Of a stretch of 64,000 nucleotides of DNA, positions 20,757 to 30,452 are shown in pieces. The DNA is from a bacterium (GTDB lineage Bacteria; 4484-113; JAFGCY01), in assembly GCA_016932385.1 (NCBI GenBank), contig JAFGCY010000096.1:26084-90083 (forward strand), given 5' to 3'. The notes beneath the pieces are model-generated. The model was given only the letters and a program-made list of their open reading frames with translations. It searched no databases and was not told where the DNA came from. Numbering within the stretch: position 1 is the first letter of the stretch; each line of letters begins with the position of its first letter. Both the position numbers and the translations under genes were made by a program.

Positions 20757-23198
20757 ATGGGCGCCAAGCAAACTTACGCCAACCTCGACTTCGACCGGCT
20801 GCTGGAACAGCTTTCCGGCTATGCCGGCAGCGAGTTGACGCGCGCCCTGATTCGCGACATCGATGTTGTCTTCCACCCGGCGCGGATCGAGGAGAACCTG
20901 GACCAAACCTCCGAGGCGCTCCGGTTCCTGGACGAGAAGGCCTCGGTCAACCTGCCCGCCTGGTCGGCGGTCGAGGACCTGTCCGAGCTCTGGAGCCGCC
21001 TGTCCGCCGGCGAGTTGGTCGACTCGCAGCAAGCGCGTACGCTGCTGCGCTTCTTCGGGGTGTGCGATGACTTCGATCGGTTGCTCAAGCACATGTCGAT
21101 GGAGCTGTATCCCCGGCTGGTTGACGCGGCGGCGGCTTGGCAACCGCTGGCGCAGCTCAGCAGCCACGCCCGGCGCATCTTCAATGACGACGGCGACGTC
21201 CGCGACTCGGCCAGTCAGGAACTGACGCGCATCCGTAGCAAACTGCGGCAGTTCGAATCGCAGGTGAAAGGCGCGATTCACGACATCCTCGCCACCGTCC
21301 GCGACAACAGCGGCGAGGAAGCGCTCCTCACCATCCGCGGCAACCGCTTCGTGGTGATGATGCCGCGCACCATGTCCAAGGTGTATGCCGGCAACATCGT
21401 GGATGTGTCCGGCAGCGGCCACAGCATTTACTTCGAGCCGGCCGCGATCAGCGGAATGAACGCCGACCGCCAGCACCTGTTCCTGGCCGAGGACCAGGAG
21501 GTGCGGCGGATCCTGTACGAGTTCAGCATGCAGGTCGGCGCCCATCACGCCGCGCTGACCGCCAACCTGTCGATCATCGTTCGCTTCGACTATGTCTTCG
21601 CCCGGGCGCGCTATGCCCGGGCGCTAGCGGCCACGCGTCCGCGCTACAGTAAGAGCGGCGAACTGGAACTGCGCCGCGCCATACATCCGCTGATCTTCAA
21701 GGACTTCATTCCCGAGGATGTGGTCTTTACCGGCGAGAAATGCCTGGTGGTCTCGGGCGTCAATGCCGGCGGCAAGACGATCCTGCTCAAGCTGCTCGGC
21801 CTGTATTGCCTGATGGCGAGCCTGGGCTGTTATGTGCCGGGGCAGGCCCTGCTGCCCGAGATCAGCGGCTTGTTCGCCGATATCGGCGACGACCAAAGCG
21901 CGCTGGCCAATCTGTCGACTTTCACCGCGCACCTGCATTTCCTGCAGGAATTGTGGAAAACGCTGGATGAGACCGGCCCCCACGACGCTCCGGTCCTGGT
22001 GCTGATCGACGAGATCGGCACGGGCACGGAGCCGGGCGAAGGGGCCGCCTTCGCCTACGGCATCATCGAAGGCATGCTGCGGCATCCGGTCAAACTGGCG
22101 GTCACCACTCACTATGACCTGCTGAAAACGCTGGCCTTCGAGCGCGACGACGTGAAAAACGTCTGCCTGGAATTCGATACCGAGGAACTGACACCGACAT
22201 ATCGCGTCCTCGACGACCAACCCGGCCAGAGCTTTGCCTTCGCCATCGCCCGTCGCTGGGGTATTCCGGCGGATGTCCTCGATTCCGCCCAGCAGCTGAT
22301 CGGCAAGGAAGAACAGAAAATGGGTTCGATCATCGGCGAGCTGGAAGGCCTGCACCGCGCGGCTGAGCGCAGCCGCAGCGAAGCGGCGGCCCAGGCCGCC
22401 GAGCTGGCCGAGATCCGCCGGCGCAATGAGGAATTGACCGAGGAGCTCAACGAGGCCAAGAAGCGCTTCGCCCAGCACGCCGAACGCGTCAAGCAGGACC
22501 TGGAGCACCGGATCGACGACCTGCTGTCCGAAACCAAACAGAAGCTCAAGAACAAAGCCCGCCAGGCGGCCCGCAAACGCGACGAGTTCGTCAAAGCCGC
22601 CAGCAAGACGGCCGGCGTCGCCCGCCGCCAAAAGGAAGAAGTGGCGGAAGTGGTCCAGGAGGTGTTGACCGACCTGTCGATCGACCTGGGCGCGGTCAGC
22701 GACCTGCCGGAATACATGGCCGCCGGCGATCTCGTGATCGACATCCAGTCCGGCGTTCGCGGGGAGATCGCCAGCGTGGACGAGTCCAAGGGCGAAGCCG
22801 TCCTGACCGTTCGCGGCAAGAAACTCAGCGTCAAGCTGAACCGGCTCAAGAAGATCACGGACGGCGCGGTGGATAGTTACGATCCGCTGAAAAGCTATCG
22901 CAAGGGAATCAAAGCCGCCGCCCCATCCGCCAATTACCAGCCGCCGGAACGCGAGTCGCTCGACACGCTGGACCTGCACGGCTTTACAATCGAGGAAGCC
23001 AGCGAGGCGTTGGACGCCTTCATCTCCAGCTGCCTGCTGGCGGGGATCACGACGATCCGCGTGATGCACGGGGTGGGCACCGGCCGCCTGCGCGCCTTTG
23101 TCCAGGACTACCTCAAGCGCGAGAAGCAGATCTCCAATGTGCGGCACGCTCCGACCAACGAAGGCGGAGTCGGCGTCACGCTGGCGGATTTCGCCTAG
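20757..23198 (+). CDS. mutS2: MutS2 family ATPase with C-terminal Smr domain
   Basis: SGVNAGGKT Walker A, DIGDDQS..LSTF, LIDEIGTGT, TTHY, coiled coil, LDLHG...HGVGTGRL. Confidence 0.95.
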   Translation: MGAKQTYANLDFDRLLEQLSGYAGSELTRALIRDIDVVFHPARIEENLDQTSEALRFLDEKASVNLPAWSAVEDLSELWSRLSAGELVDSQQARTLLRFFGVCDDFDRLLKHMSMELYPRLVDAAAAWQPLAQLSSHARRIFNDDGDVRDSASQELTRIRSKLRQFESQVKGAIHDILATVRDNSGEEALLTIRGNRFVVMMPRTMSKVYAGNIVDVSGSGHSIYFEPAAISGMNADRQHLFLAEDQEVRRILYEFSMQVGAHHAALTANLSIIVRFDYVFARARYARALAATRPRYSKSGELELRRAIHPLIFKDFIPEDVVFTGEKCLVVSGVNAGGKTILLKLLGLYCLMASLGCYVPGQALLPEISGLFADIGDDQSALANLSTFTAHLHFLQELWKTLDETGPHDAPVLVLIDEIGTGTEPGEGAAFAYGIIEGMLRHPVKLAVTTHYDLLKTLAFERDDVKNVCLEFDTEELTPTYRVLDDQPGQSFAFAIARRWGIPADVLDSAQQLIGKEEQKMGSIIGELEGLHRAAERSRSEAAAQAAELAEIRRRNEELTEELNEAKKRFAQHAERVKQDLEHRIDDLLSETKQKLKNKARQAARKRDEFVKAASKTAGVARRQKEEVAEVVQEVLTDLSIDLGAVSDLPEYMAAGDLVIDIQSGVRGEIASVDESKGEAVLTVRGKKLSVKLNRLKKITDGAVDSYDPLKSYRKGIKAAAPSANYQPPERESLDTLDLHGFTIEEASEALDAFISSCLLAGITTIRVMHGVGTGRLRAFVQDYLKREKQISNVRHAPTNEGGVGVTLADFA

Positions 23199-23211
23199 CG
23201 GTTCGGCGCGG

Positions 23212-23748
23212 TCAGCGCAGCCGGTAAACCGTCAGCTCGACCTGCAGCAAATCGCTGCCCGGGCGGGTTTCCACCACGGCTTCCACCGACATCTCCTCGT
23301 CGGCGTAGTCCATGCCGTAGCCGGTGGGAATGCTGACATGCTGGGTCTGCCGCATTCCAAGGTCCATGAAATGCTGATGGTAGAAATCGTGGACGATGTC
23401 CTTATCCGCGTCGATCTGGCCATGCACGAACCACTTGTCCATCGGCTCACCCTCGGTGGATTGAGCCGTGCCGCGCTCGGTCTCCAGGATCTCCAGCCCG
23501 GGGTAGATCGGCACCTTGTCGCAGGGGAAGTCGAGTGCCAGGCCCAGTTCCTCGTTAAGCTGCTGGCGCTCCTGGGCCGACATGCCTTCGCGCGGCTGCG
23601 GCCGCAGGTAATATACCGCGGCGATGATCAATCCCAGGCAGACCAGCACCACAATCGCGATGCCGGCCGTGCGCCCAATCGACGGGCGCTTTTCGTTCTG
23701 TTCACCGTTGTTATCCGCGCTGTTACCGTCTGTCTTGTTAGCTGTCAT
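23212..23748 (-). CDS. Hypothetical single-pass membrane protein
   Basis: One N-terminal TM helix, then a VPIYPG-containing soluble domain; upstream TATAAT on the minus strand. Confidence 0.75.
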   Translation of the reverse strand: MTANKTDGNSADNNGEQNEKRPSIGRTAGIAIVVLVCLGLIIAAVYYLRPQPREGMSAQERQQLNEELGLALDFPCDKVPIYPGLEILETERGTAQSTEGEPMDKWFVHGQIDADKDIVHDFYHQHFMDLGMRQTQHVSIPTGYGMDYADEEMSVEAVVETRPGSDLLQVELTVYRLR

Positions 23749-23908
23749 GCGCTCTCGAACCGGCTGGTTTTGCTTATTTTTAAGGCCAACCGATTATATA
23801 GTATCCAATTCGGGGACCAAGCTGCATCGTAGCTCTGTCATATGCGACCTGCATCGAGGTCACTATGCTAGAATATGATGTTATTAACATTTTATCAACA
23901 GGGCAGTC

Positions 23909-26335
23909 ATGCTGAGGACAATTGGTAGTCTATTTGGAGCTTTTATCGCTTTGCTCCTGGTTCTACCCAGTGCTGCTGGCGCGGCTACAGATAACATATC
24001 CATACTGTACACGGCAGACACCCAGGGCAGACTCAGGAGTTTCAACCAGGGCTCGGATAAGCCCATCGGTGGCATCGCCAAGCGAGCGATCTTCTTCCAG
24101 GAGAAACGACGGCATACCAGTATGACCTGGCTGACGCTCGATACCGGCGATGCTTTGTCCGGCACGGCCTTGGCTGATGTGTTTGACGGCTATGTCGTGA
24201 TCCAGGCGATGAATCGCTTGAAGTACGACGCGATGGGCTTGGGCGTCCACGACTTCGACTTCGGAATCGAAGCGCTCAAACAGCGCATCGGCGAAGCCGA
24301 ATTCCCAGTGTTGTCCGCCAATCTGAAGTACATCGACACGGGCCAACCGTTCACCACCCCCTATGCCATCCTGGAAAAGAACGGTACGCGCATCGCGATT
24401 TTCGGGCTGATCACCGGCGATTTGGGCAACCGCGTCGCCCCGGCCAATTTCACCGGCCTGCAGGCGCTTGATCCCGTGGAAACCGCACGGATCCTCGTGC
24501 CGCAGCTCGAGAGCCAGGCCGACGTGATCATCGCCTTGACCCATATGGGGATCAACGAGGATATCCGGCTGGCCAGCGAGATTCGCGGCATCGACGTTAT
24601 CATCGGCGGAATGAGCCATTCCGAGTTGCAAGTACCCCTGAAGTTCGAGGACACTTTGATCGTCCACTGCGCGGAGTACGGCCGCAACGTCGGCCTGCTG
24701 AAGCTGAGTTTCGACCCGGCCCAGAACTACCGCCAGGTTTTCTTCTTCAACGACCTCGAGCCGATGGCCGGCAAATGGGTCGAGAACTCGGACTATGTCG
24801 CCTGGCTCGACAGCTATAACGAGCAGCTGCGCCAGCGCATGGATGTGATCATCGGCAGTTCGGCGATGGAGATGAGCCCGCTTAAGATCCGCAGTGCCGA
24901 AACGCCGCTGGGCAACTACGTTACCGATATCCTGCGTGAAAAGACCCGCGCCGACGTGGCGATTCTGCCGGCCGCCTTTTTCGTGGATTCGCTGCCGGAA
25001 GGGCCGATCACCCTGGGCGACCTCTATTCCGCCCTGCCCTTCGATCATTACGCCGAGTTGCTGGAAGTCACCGGCGGCGAGCTGCAGGAGATCCTGGACG
25101 AGGCGTCCGATCAGATCGGCAAGCCGGGCTTCCCACAGGTCAGCGGAGTCAGCTTCGGGATCCTCGGCGGCAAGGCCTATACGGTCACGGTCGGCGGCCA
25201 GCCGCTGGATTTATTCAGCACTTACCGCGTCGCCACCTCGGATGCCCTGTCTGAAGGCAACTACGGCTATTCGCGCCTGGGCACGGTCTCGCGCCGCATC
25301 CATACGGGTCTTCTGATCCGCAACATCATCCGCGAACGACTGGCCACGGGCCAAATGGCGCAATCCTCGATTTATCAGCGCGTGCAGTTCCACGCCTACG
25401 ATTCGGCCATTGCGACGTCAACCCCGCCGCCCAGCACCGATATCACCCAGCCACCCACCGAATCGACTTACCAACCACCAACGGAAACAACCCCGCCTCC
25501 GGCGGATACCACGCCGCCGCTGGACACCACACCGCCGGCAGATACCACACCTCCGGCGGATACCACGCCGCCGCTGGACACCACACCACCGGCAGATACC
25601 ACACCTCCGGCCGACACCGCACCGCCGGCAGATACCGTGCCCCCGAGTGATCGACCTGCCGATTCCGGTACTCGCCCGGTTACGGACGAAATGCCACCGG
25701 ATGAGGGAACGTCTCCGGAAAGCCTGGATTCGTTGCGGTACGACCGCAACGGTCAGCCGATCGGCGAGCCGGTGGTCGTCGAGGATGTCGCGCTGGAAGA
25801 CACCGGATCGGATGTCATCGCCGAACCTCCGGCGGAGACCATGCCACCGACCGAAACGACCACGCCGCCCGTGACCGGTGATCAGCCGGCTACGCCGTCT
25901 GATACAACTTCCCCGTACACACCGACCACGGATTCCACCAGCGAGCGCGTAATCGGTACCGCGCGCAATACGATCGAAGGTCTGGGTTACCTGTTTACGC
26001 TGGTCAGCGTCGAAGGTGCCTACGAATTCCGGTTGCAGATCAGCAACACGACCAACCAGCCGCTCGAAGTGAACTACGACAGCGGCGCCAAGTTCGACTT
26101 CCTGGTCATGCATGAAACAGACCTGCTGTGGTCCTACAACAGCGGTCGCTTCTTTGTGCAGAGTCCGGAATCACAGACGCTGGCGCCGGGCGAGGTGATC
26201 GTCTTCAGCGGCGAGTGGGATGGCTTGGCCAACGATGGCTCGCTGCTGCCGCGCACGACCCTGCGGTTCGACGCCGAGTACTTGCTGAGCGCCGGTCCGA
26301 TCCGCCTGCAGTTCACCGCTGCATTGCCGCAATAA
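23909..26335 (+). CDS. Secreted 5'-nucleotidase-like protein with altered metal ligands, Pro/Thr linker and C-terminal BsuPI-like domain
   Basis: Signal peptide; metallophosphoesterase-like motifs ADTQG, DTGD, GVHDFDFG, LTHMG, GGMSH; 5'-NT C-domain ETPLGN, ALPF, FPQVSG; C-terminal SGAKFDF..LWSYN.GRFF.Q...LAPGE...WD. Confidence 0.85.
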   Translation: MLRTIGSLFGAFIALLLVLPSAAGAATDNISILYTADTQGRLRSFNQGSDKPIGGIAKRAIFFQEKRRHTSMTWLTLDTGDALSGTALADVFDGYVVIQAMNRLKYDAMGLGVHDFDFGIEALKQRIGEAEFPVLSANLKYIDTGQPFTTPYAILEKNGTRIAIFGLITGDLGNRVAPANFTGLQALDPVETARILVPQLESQADVIIALTHMGINEDIRLASEIRGIDVIIGGMSHSELQVPLKFEDTLIVHCAEYGRNVGLLKLSFDPAQNYRQVFFFNDLEPMAGKWVENSDYVAWLDSYNEQLRQRMDVIIGSSAMEMSPLKIRSAETPLGNYVTDILREKTRADVAILPAAFFVDSLPEGPITLGDLYSALPFDHYAELLEVTGGELQEILDEASDQIGKPGFPQVSGVSFGILGGKAYTVTVGGQPLDLFSTYRVATSDALSEGNYGYSRLGTVSRRIHTGLLIRNIIRERLATGQMAQSSIYQRVQFHAYDSAIATSTPPPSTDITQPPTESTYQPPTETTPPPADTTPPLDTTPPADTTPPADTTPPLDTTPPADTTPPADTAPPADTVPPSDRPADSGTRPVTDEMPPDEGTSPESLDSLRYDRNGQPIGEPVVVEDVALEDTGSDVIAEPPAETMPPTETTTPPVTGDQPATPSDTTSPYTPTTDSTSERVIGTARNTIEGLGYLFTLVSVEGAYEFRLQISNTTNQPLEVNYDSGAKFDFLVMHETDLLWSYNSGRFFVQSPESQTLAPGEVIVFSGEWDGLANDGSLLPRTTLRFDAEYLLSAGPIRLQFTAALPQ
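25496..25639 (+). repeat. Eight 18-bp in-frame tandem repeats encoding PP(A/L)DT(T/A/V)
   Basis: Units such as cctccggcggataccacg and ccgccgctggacaccaca; units 1-3 recur almost exactly as units 4-6 (54-bp higher-order repeat). Confidence 0.95.
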
Positions 26336-26338
26336 CCG

Positions 26339-27175
26339 ATGATACCTCCGGGCATGCTAAAACCGGTGGTCATCGCCGGCGTGCTGCTGGCTACGATGAG
26401 CATCATCGATACGCTCTCGTACGGCGTGCGCACGGCGGGCGTGCTGGCCAGGCGTCTGGCGATCAGCTTGGCGCTGTTCAACGTGCTCGTGATCATCTCC
26501 CGAACGAGCAACCTGGCCCAGGCACCGATCCTGGGCAACTTCCCCGATAAAGTCGACCAGGGGGCGTACCTGGCCGGTGACGTGCTGACGGCGTTGCGAA
26601 TCGATCTGGGCTTCATCATCGCCGGCGTGATTATCGGAGCGCTGATTACCCCGACGGTTATCAACATGCTGCGCCGCGCGATCGAGGTCATGGAGGAAAA
26701 AGGCAGCCTTCCGCCGACCGTCTTCTACGGCCTGAAGCGCTGCTGGCGGATCGGCCAATATCTGCGGCCGCCGTTCAAGCCCAGTTATTTGCACTACTTC
26801 AACTTCCGCAACATGCCCACCGGCTTTTTGCTCTTCAACGTTTTTGTCACATGTTTCTACAGCATCGGCGTGATGAGTACCGTGCTGGCCGCCAGCTATG
26901 ACCATTCCGTCGCCGGTACGACAACCATGCTGTCCGGTATCGTCAACGGCATCGCCACCATGCTGCTGTTCATCATCGTCGACCCACCCGCTGCCGTGGT
27001 AATCGACCAGGCCATCAGCGGCAAGCGCCCGGTCGCCGACGCGAAAACGATGAACCTGTTGCTGATCATAACCCGGCTCGCCGGTTGCGTCCTGTCCATC
27101 CCGCTGCTGCCGTTCATGGCCCGATACGTGCTGGCGGCAGCCCACTGGGTCGACACTTATTTCGCGGCGGGATAA
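26339..27175 (+). CDS. amj: Lipid II flippase Amj family protein
   Basis: IIDTLSY.VR.AGV..RRLAIS..LFN...ISRT.N..QAP, YSIGV.S, LSGIVNG.AT...IVDP. Confidence 0.85.
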   Translation: MIPPGMLKPVVIAGVLLATMSIIDTLSYGVRTAGVLARRLAISLALFNVLVIISRTSNLAQAPILGNFPDKVDQGAYLAGDVLTALRIDLGFIIAGVIIGALITPTVINMLRRAIEVMEEKGSLPPTVFYGLKRCWRIGQYLRPPFKPSYLHYFNFRNMPTGFLLFNVFVTCFYSIGVMSTVLAASYDHSVAGTTTMLSGIVNGIATMLLFIIVDPPAAVVIDQAISGKRPVADAKTMNLLLIITRLAGCVLSIPLLPFMARYVLAAAHWVDTYFAAG

Positions 27176-27212
27176 ATCCAGTACAATAGTTGCACGAAGA
27201 ACGCAGATAGCC

Positions 27213-27797
27213 ATGAGTATTGAAGGGGAAAAACTGGAACGGTTCAATCCGTTGGTCCTCTACAACATTCTAGACGCCGTCCGGCGCTTCGAGCCCGACT
27301 TCTATGCCCACCTGTGCCGCAGCTACCACTTGGACGCCGACCGGATCCTGGGGCTGTTCTCGGAGGTCGAGACGCTGGGCGGCGGCCAGCTGAGCTGCAT
27401 CGTGCGCGACCTGCGCGCCCATCAGGCCTACCACGACATCGTTTATCTGGCCGGCCGCAACACCTGGCTGAGCTGGCAACAGCAACAACACCTGCGCCCG
27501 CCCATTTTCAGCACGGGCCAGAATAAGCTGGCCACGCTGATCAAGCAGCAACTGCCGGAGTTTTTGGGACAGGCCAGCTATATTCTGATGCTGCGCGGCA
27601 GCGTGCAGTTCCTGGAGATCCGCGACTCGGTTTTCACCCGTGAAGTCAAGCACGACCGCCCGCTCTGCGGCTTCTACTCGGGCTTTCTGGCTGAGCTCGC
27701 CAACTTTTGCGGCCTGGAACGGGCCACGGCGACCGAGGTGCGCTGTTGCGTCCAGGACCCGGATGCGGCGACCTGCCTGTTCCAGATCGGCACGTAA
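27213..27797 (+). CDS. Stand-alone V4R-domain protein
   Basis: C-terminal PLCGFYSGFL...TEVRCC....ATCLF pattern. Confidence 0.7.
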   Translation: MSIEGEKLERFNPLVLYNILDAVRRFEPDFYAHLCRSYHLDADRILGLFSEVETLGGGQLSCIVRDLRAHQAYHDIVYLAGRNTWLSWQQQQHLRPPIFSTGQNKLATLIKQQLPEFLGQASYILMLRGSVQFLEIRDSVFTREVKHDRPLCGFYSGFLAELANFCGLERATATEVRCCVQDPDAATCLFQIGT

Positions 27798-27844
27798 CTC
27801 GACGGCGATTGGTCACCCGTTCAGATGTCATTTATAATCCGACC

Positions 27845-28882
27845 ATGTCAGCAGAACAACGCTCGTTCCTGGATACGGCGCGGCGGGTACTCGACCTCGA
27901 GGCGCAGGCCATCGCGGCCCAGCGCGACTTGCTCGATGAAAGCTTCATCACAGCCTGCCAGTTGATCCTGGCCTGCCACGGCCGGGTGATCGTCACGGGC
28001 ATGGGTAAAAGCGGGCACATCGCCCAGAAGATCGCCGCCAGCCTGACCAGCACCGGAACGGCGGCCCACTTCCTGCATCCCGCCGAAGGCGTCCACGGCG
28101 ACCTCGGCGTGATCCACCGCTCCGACCTGCTGCTGGCGATCTCGCAGTCCGGCGAGACCAACGAGATCCTCGGCATCCTCGGCCCGGTCAAGCACATCGG
28201 CGTCCCGGTGATCGCCATTACCGGCAATGCCGGCAGCACGCTGGCCAGGAACGCTTCGGTCACCCTGCTGCTCGCCGACGTTCCCGAGGCTGACCCGCAC
28301 AACCTGGTGCCGACGACGACCACGACACTGACCCTGGCGATCGGCGACGCGCTGACCGTCGCCCTGATGGAATCGCGCCAGTTCACCCCGGCGGATTTCG
28401 CCGTATTCCATCCCCAGGGCATGCTGGGCAAGCGACTGACTCTGCATGTTCATGACTTGCTCGCTGGCGCGGAGACCAACCCGGTCGTTTCACTGGAAGC
28501 CTCCTTCGGCGAAGCGCTCGAAGTGATCACCAAGCACATGCTGGGCGGGACCAGCGTGGTCGACGCCGACGGCAAGCTGGCCGGTATCATCACGGACGGC
28601 GACATTCGCCGGATTATCCGCCGTTTCGTCGAAAAGGGCGGCACGGTACGCGAGGCGATAACAGCCAACGTCGCCGAGTTGATGACCAGGTCACCCAGTT
28701 TCGTGCAAAGCGACGCCTTGGCCTATGACGCCTTGAAGATGATGGAAAACCACCAGCCGCGACCGATTTTCCTTTTGCCCGTCGTGGATACGCTCCACCG
28801 CCCGGTCGGCATGCTGCATCTGCACTCGCTGGTCCAGGCCGGGTTCAAATCGACGGCCAACGGCGAATCGAGCGATCGTTAA
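27845..28882 (+). CDS. kdsD: KpsF/GutQ family arabinose-5-phosphate isomerase (SIS plus two CBS)
   Basis: VTGMGKSGHIA.KIAA, HPAEGVHGDLG, FHPQG.LG, GIITDGD.RR; start ATG 27845. Confidence 0.92.
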   Translation: MSAEQRSFLDTARRVLDLEAQAIAAQRDLLDESFITACQLILACHGRVIVTGMGKSGHIAQKIAASLTSTGTAAHFLHPAEGVHGDLGVIHRSDLLLAISQSGETNEILGILGPVKHIGVPVIAITGNAGSTLARNASVTLLLADVPEADPHNLVPTTTTTLTLAIGDALTVALMESRQFTPADFAVFHPQGMLGKRLTLHVHDLLAGAETNPVVSLEASFGEALEVITKHMLGGTSVVDADGKLAGIITDGDIRRIIRRFVEKGGTVREAITANVAELMTRSPSFVQSDALAYDALKMMENHQPRPIFLLPVVDTLHRPVGMLHLHSLVQAGFKSTANGESSDR

Positions 28883-29481
28883 CCGACAAACCGCTGGCTT
28901 AAGCAATCCAGCCCGGTCTCAACCGTTGACCGCAGATTGGCGAAATCGCGGACACTTTGGTGGTGCATGATCGCGCCCTCGATCAGGCAAAAGATCATCT
29001 GGCCGTACCGCCGCGCATCCACCGCACCTGACAGCCGCCCGCCTTTTTGGAGGCGCTCGACTTCAGTCGCGAAAGCATCGATCACTCCACTCAGCACCTT
29101 GCCGATCGCGAGGCGGAATTCGCCCTCCATTTCGCTCTGCTCCAACGCCAGGATCACCACCGGATTGCTCGGAGCATCCGTATTGATGACGCTGTCGATG
29201 ATCGAACCGGCCAACTGCTGAATGTTCACCCACGGATCGCGATTGCGCTCGACCACGGAGCCCAGCCACTCCGCGACGAGTTTCTCTCCACGTTCGTTAA
29301 GTACTGTCAGTCCTAGCTCGTCTTTGCTGGCGAAATAGTAGTAGAAATTGCCTTTTTGAACCCGGGCTGAAGTCAGTACTTCGAGCAACTTGGTGCGGCT
29401 GAAACCCTTTGAAAACATTAGGTTGGCGGCACTATCTAGAATTCTCGCTCTGGTAGCCAAGGCCTTTCTGGTGTAGCCCAT
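28879..29481 (-). CDS. TetR family transcriptional regulator
   Basis: TRARILDSA..L...KGF..T, KGNFYYYFASKDEL. Confidence 0.93.
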   Translation of the reverse strand: MGYTRKALATRARILDSAANLMFSKGFSRTKLLEVLTSARVQKGNFYYYFASKDELGLTVLNERGEKLVAEWLGSVVERNRDPWVNIQQLAGSIIDSVINTDAPSNPVVILALEQSEMEGEFRLAIGKVLSGVIDAFATEVERLQKGGRLSGAVDARRYGQMIFCLIEGAIMHHQSVRDFANLRSTVETGLDCLSQRFVG

Positions 29482-29516
29482 AATTACTCCTAGTCCTCAT
29501 CAGCACTCTTATGAAA

Positions 29517-29545
29517 CAGTATCCCAGCCTCTGTTCTAAAATGCA
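29517..29545 (-). promoter_or_regulatory. Sigma70-type promoter of the tetR gene
   Basis: Minus strand TTGCAT-17 bp-GATACT, then AGGAG before ATG 29481. Confidence 0.55.
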
Positions 29546-29586
29546 ACTACTTAATCAGGTGTTAACCAAGTTGTATAGTGTTAAGC

Positions 29587-30435
29587 ATGCACAACGACGT
29601 ACCTGACAACCGCCACCCCGTGGCCTTGACGATCGCCGGCAGCGACAGCGGAGCCGGAGCCGGCATCCAGGCGGACCTGAAAACCTTCGCCGCCCACGGG
29701 ATCTACGGTTGCAGTGTTATTACCCTGGTTACAGCCCAATCCACTCAATCTGTCGATGCGGTTGAGCTGCTCCCACCGGAATTGCTCGTGAAACAGCTTG
29801 AGACCGTGGTCCAGGATTTTAAAATCGGCGCTCTAAAGACCGGCGCGCTGGGCAGCGCGGAGATCATTAGAACTCTGGCCGGTTACCTGCATGAGCACCC
29901 GCTTAACAATTTAGTAGTCGATCCGGTGATGATCAGCAAACACGGCCATGCGCTCCTGGCGGACGACGCCGCGGAATCGCTGACCCGGGACCTGTTGCCG
30001 CTGGCTCGGATCGTCACGCCGAACCTGCAGGAAGCGTCCGTACTAGCCGGCCTGGGGTCCATTTCCAGCCGCGCCGAAATGATCGGTGCCGCCGCCGCCA
30101 TCGCGCGGTCCGGTTGCCCGATTGTGGTCGTCAAAGGCGGGCATAATGCGGGCGAACCCGTCGACCTGTTCTGGGAGGACGGCCGCGAATCCTGGCTGGA
30201 CAGCCCGCGTATCGATACCCCGCACACGCATGGTACCGGGTGCACGTTCAGCGCGGCGATCGCCGCCAATCTGGTGCGCGGCCTTAAGCCGCTCGACGCC
30301 GTCCGCGAAGCTAAGGCTTACATCAGCGGCGCGATCGAACACCACCAGCTGTTCGGCCGGGGGCTCAATCCCGTCAACCACTTCTGGCGACTCGACCCGG
30401 CCTTCGGCTCGGGCCAATCACTCGGCCAAAGATAA
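29587..30435 (+). CDS. thiD: Hydroxymethylpyrimidine/phosphomethylpyrimidine kinase
   Basis: LTIAGSDSGAGAGIQADLKTF, VDPVM, TPNL.EA, KGGH, THGTGCT. Confidence 0.96.
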   Translation: MHNDVPDNRHPVALTIAGSDSGAGAGIQADLKTFAAHGIYGCSVITLVTAQSTQSVDAVELLPPELLVKQLETVVQDFKIGALKTGALGSAEIIRTLAGYLHEHPLNNLVVDPVMISKHGHALLADDAAESLTRDLLPLARIVTPNLQEASVLAGLGSISSRAEMIGAAAAIARSGCPIVVVKGGHNAGEPVDLFWEDGRESWLDSPRIDTPHTHGTGCTFSAAIAANLVRGLKPLDAVREAKAYISGAIEHHQLFGRGLNPVNHFWRLDPAFGSGQSLGQR

Positions 30436-30452
30436 GCTGCTAAAATCAGCAG

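Noticed and set aside
20100-23147. Long antisense ORFs (482 aa and 507 aa here; similar ones opposite ppdK, pepA, the M23 gene and the GGDEF gene)
   Set aside because: They shadow well-supported genes, have no recognisable motifs, and are expected from GC-rich codon bias.
25496-25639. Possible CRISPR array
   Set aside because: Contiguous in-frame 18-bp units with no spacers, inside a CDS, and no cas genes.
29482-29587. TPP riboswitch before thiD
   Set aside because: The short AT-rich gap holds two promoter motifs, shows no THI-box, and the -10 sits 7 nt from the ATG.
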